29,709 bases of DNA from an uncultured bacterium (GTDB lineage: Bacteria; Fidelibacterota; Marinisomatia; Marinisomatales; UBA1611). The notes below the pieces were generated by a model. It was not told the origin of the DNA. It was given only the letters and a program-made list of their open reading frames with translations, and ran no database searches. Where the stretch lies: positions 1 to 29,709 of the forward strand of contig CBFIBM010000017.1 in assembly GCA_965660855.1 (NCBI GenBank). Reading direction: 5' to 3'. The position numbers were made by a program, and so were the translations under genes. Of the stretch, positions 26,644 to 29,709 are shown piece by piece (within the stretch, counting starts at the first letter, position 1; every line of letters begins with the position of its first letter).

Positions 26644-27429
26644 TTATTTAATAGCTCTTTCTTCAAATTGATATATATATTTCTCAAGAATTTTTGTCCA
26701 AAGTTCGTAGCCTTCTTCATTAAGATGAACACCGTCTTTAAATAAAAATCCTTTTACATCATTATTCTCATCAATAAAATATTCATAGAGATTGATAACG
26801 CTATAATTTTTGTGAGAATAATTGAGAAGTTTTGTATTTATAGCAATAATTTTTTCAGGTAAAGGTTTATTATGTGTAGGGTAAAATCCTTTTACGTTTA
26901 AATATTTATTTTCATCAACAGGTAAAATAGTTTGAATAAATAATTCAGTTTTAGGTGATTTAGTATTAATTATAGATGCAATTTTATTTATCTGCTTAAA
27001 TACATAATCAGAAGATATTCGTGGGTCATTAATTCCAAAAATATCATTTATACCTATTAAGAGAAATACTGCTTTTGGTTGAAAATAAGTTACCTCATCA
27101 AGTCTCGCCAATATTCCAGAGGTAAAATCACCTGAAATACCTCTATTGATTATATTTTTTATTTTAAACCTTTTATTCCAATCACCTCCACCTTCGGTAA
27201 TACTATTACCTAAAAATACAATTTTATTGAATCCAATAGGGGATTGACGAAACTCTTCTATTCTTGGGAAATAGAGGTTAGACTGCCATTTTACTTGCCC
27301 TCTTATAAATTGTGAATCAGAAGGATATAGTTTGTCTAATTTGTAAGTACAAGATTGATTCAGCATACCAAAAAAGATTAGATATCCTGTTAATAAAAAT
27401 AGAGACTTAGAACGCGTATCGAAATCCAA
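26644..27429 (-). CDS. SGNH/GDSL esterase, possible lipoprotein; start codon uncertain
   Basis: Motifs VFLGNSITEG, NRGISGD, LIGIND, DGVHLN. Hydrophobic N-terminal stretch ending in NQSC. Confidence 0.87.
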   Translation of the reverse strand: MDFDTRSKSLFLLTGYLIFFGMLNQSCTYKLDKLYPSDSQFIRGQVKWQSNLYFPRIEEFRQSPIGFNKIVFLGNSITEGGGDWNKRFKIKNIINRGISGDFTSGILARLDEVTYFQPKAVFLLIGINDIFGINDPRISSDYVFKQINKIASIINTKSPKTELFIQTILPVDENKYLNVKGFYPTHNKPLPEKIIAINTKLLNYSHKNYSVINLYEYFIDENNDVKGFLFKDGVHLNEEGYELWTKILEKYIYQFEERAIK

Positions 27430-29709
27430 AATCTATTGTTCTACCATAATACTGCTCTGTAGCTAAATTGTCTCCATTCTCAGTTCGTCCTCGAAATCTA
27501 TTGACATCGTTAGTTTCTGTTAGATTACTCGCATTAAAAAATAATTCTAACCCATTCAGAGGGAGTTTTTGTTTGATGGATAGATCCCATCTTCTATAGC
27601 TGTCTGTGGTTTGTCTTAGTTCTTTCCAGAAAGCAGTATTCATAAAAACATTATCATTATAGAGCATGGACAATCTTCCAGAGAACCCCTTGTAATCATA
27701 TCCCAGTGATAAATTAATTATTTCATTAGGTTGATCTAATAATCTATCCGTATAGGTTGTATCAATGTTTAATTTGATAATTGCAAAGGGACTCCACTGA
27801 ATTTCTTGTTCAATGAATGTTAAAGGATAATCTACTTCAGATTTAGTACGTGTGTAATTGGCATTAAAAACCAACCCACTCAATGGACCAGGTAAATACC
27901 AAAAGCGTGTTTGATAATCCAATTCCCACCCATCAAGTTTTACATCATTGGGATTATTGAGGCTATAATTTAATATTCTGAAATCTTCATAGCTGCTTGA
28001 TAAATCAAATCCAACTGTATCTTCCGCAAATACAATTCTTGATCCACTTGAATATATCAAATCTTTAATATCTTTTTTAAAGTAGGTAATAGTTACTAAC
28101 CCAAGCTTGTCTTCATTAAAAGATACAGACAAATCAATGTTCCGAGATAAGCCAGGTTCTAAAAATTTATTTCTCCAGTCAAGAGTCCTACCCTGTCCAT
28201 TGGCTTTAGACAAAGGGATAATACTTGTATAATCTGGACGTGTAAGAGTATTGGTTTGTGCGTACCGGATACTGAGCCAGGGTTCTGGTTTGTAGTTTAA
28301 AAATAATGCTGGTAGAAAATAGGAGTTCTTTCGAGTATAAGACTCAGTTTCTCCAACATAAACCCAGTGAGGGAGAGCATGGTCTAAAGAGCTATTGGAA
28401 TTATATGTTGTCACGTTTTCTTCACTACGACCGCCTGCAACCATATTAAATTTTGAACCGAAATTTATATCTGCCATAAAATAGGATGCGTTATATTCCT
28501 CTTCACCAGAATAATCATATATTTGAGAATTTGTTTGGTGTATATGATGCATGACATATTCATCAATTGTAGAATTGGTGGTTTGTTTATTCCAATTTTC
28601 AGAAAAATAATTGTATATATCCATCATTTTATCTAAATCTGCAACGGCACCAAAAGAATATTTTCCTTTAAAAAAATCATTACCATTATAGTCCTCGTCG
28701 ATAACTGCTAATAAAGGTATTCTTCGGGGGTCTGTAATAAGAGAATCAATATCAAGTTTTTCTACAAGAGCAGCTCTTGGGTCAGCTAATCCAGCGGCAG
28801 CAGCAACATTACCAAATTCATGATGACGATCAACAGTCCTATTTTTTGTTCTATTCTTACTTCCAAGTTTTAAATTACCTGAGATAAGGCTTGAGAGGCG
28901 AAAATCATATTTAAAATTAAATCCCATAGACCTTTCTTTCTCATCACTTTTATTAATGTAAAAGTTATAATTAGTTATAGCCATGTTGGACGTATCATTT
29001 TTTGCAATTTGTTGGACTACTTCAATACTTTGATCGTAAGTAGAGGTATCATAGGCAAAGGGTTCATCAAAGGCGAAATCATACCACCTATCATCATTTA
29101 GTGACTGTGAGTAAGAGTAAAACGCATCGAGATGAAAATTTGATCGAAATGTTTGTTCATACTTCCAAGACTCCGTTAATACTTTAACGGTATTCACACC
29201 TTCAGTTGAATTCATATATCTGTAATTTTGAGGAAGTGCATAGCTAATACTGTAACGATTTATATCTTTGTCAATATTACTATTCAGGTTACTATAACTA
29301 ACATTTCCATTTGGAATATTAATATCAAAAACTTGTAATCTGTTCTCTCTATCATTAAGGCGAATCCAATCATTTAAATTTAGACTAGTCAATTGCAATG
29401 GGTTTATAGAATCTAATTGTTCACCATAAAGATCATAACTAGTACCAATTTCATGAGAACTTCTATTTCTATTCTCAAAGTCAAATTGAGCTAAAATTCC
29501 AATACGGTCCTTCCAAAATCGATTACTTAAGTCAAAAACAATTTTATCATCACCATAAGAATTTTTTAACCCATTATACATTCCTTGTGCAATCACATTC
29601 CCATGGAGCCCAGATGGTGCTTTTTTTAACTGAAAGTTTACAGTACCACCTAACACGTCTGCATCCTGATCGGGAGTACCGGCTTTAGTCACCTCAATAC
29701 CCTCAAGCA
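27407..29709 (-). CDS. TonB-dependent receptor, 5' end outside the window
   Basis: The frame continues past the track's GTG 'start' (LEGIEVTKAGTPDQDADVLGGTVNF is the end of the plug domain). Barrel motifs LTRPDY, NKFLEP, GWELDYQ, FNANYT, and C-terminal GRTIDFGFRYAF. Confidence 0.93.
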   Translation of the reverse strand, partial: LEGIEVTKAGTPDQDADVLGGTVNFQLKKAPSGLHGNVIAQGMYNGLKNSYGDDKIVFDLSNRFWKDRIGILAQFDFENRNRSSHEIGTSYDLYGEQLDSINPLQLTSLNLNDWIRLNDRENRLQVFDINIPNGNVSYSNLNSNIDKDINRYSISYALPQNYRYMNSTEGVNTVKVLTESWKYEQTFRSNFHLDAFYSYSQSLNDDRWYDFAFDEPFAYDTSTYDQSIEVVQQIAKNDTSNMAITNYNFYINKSDEKERSMGFNFKYDFRLSSLISGNLKLGSKNRTKNRTVDRHHEFGNVAAAAGLADPRAALVEKLDIDSLITDPRRIPLLAVIDEDYNGNDFFKGKYSFGAVADLDKMMDIYNYFSENWNKQTTNSTIDEYVMHHIHQTNSQIYDYSGEEEYNASYFMADINFGSKFNMVAGGRSEENVTTYNSNSSLDHALPHWVYVGETESYTRKNSYFLPALFLNYKPEPWLSIRYAQTNTLTRPDYTSIIPLSKANGQGRTLDWRNKFLEPGLSRNIDLSVSFNEDKLGLVTITYFKKDIKDLIYSSGSRIVFAEDTVGFDLSSSYEDFRILNYSLNNPNDVKLDGWELDYQTRFWYLPGPLSGLVFNANYTRTKSEVDYPLTFIEQEIQWSPFAIIKLNIDTTYTDRLLDQPNEIINLSLGYDYKGFSGRLSMLYNDNVFMNTAFWKELRQTTDSYRRWDLSIKQKLPLNGLELFFNASNLTETNDVNRFRGRTENGDNLATEQYYGRTIDFGFRYAF

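Overview
AT-rich (roughly 30% GC by eye), tightly packed chromosomal segment of a Gram-negative bacterium. Gene content and style suggest an FCB-superphylum marine lineage such as Marinimicrobia/Marinisomatota (inference only). The window is bounded by two partial minus-strand TonB-dependent receptors. Between them lie: an lpxH - HEAT-repeat lipoprotein - FxLYD-like exported protein operon; a gluzincin/TolB-propeller/Omp85 fusion; radA - tgt - Nudix - bcp; a degenerate adenylate-forming protein; a transglutaminase-like protein; a homogentisate (Tyr/Phe catabolism) operon (hisC-like, hppD, FAH-family, hmgA, flavin reductase-like; no maiA); sfsA - Ig-like lipoprotein - manC - small hypothetical; HIT - small membrane protein - sodium:solute symporter; tRNA-Asn(GTT); and two SGNH esterases. 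No mobile element or CRISPR array was seen. The strongest hidden signal is a selenocysteine-type BCP peroxiredoxin: an in-frame TGA sits at the peroxidatic position (TPG-U-T) and is followed by a SECIS-like hairpin, and the ORF track shows only its 3' half. Other notable points are an SSS transporter fused to a putative double-psi beta-barrel domain with a coupled small membrane partner, and a TGT that has lost the canonical CxCxxC...H zinc site.
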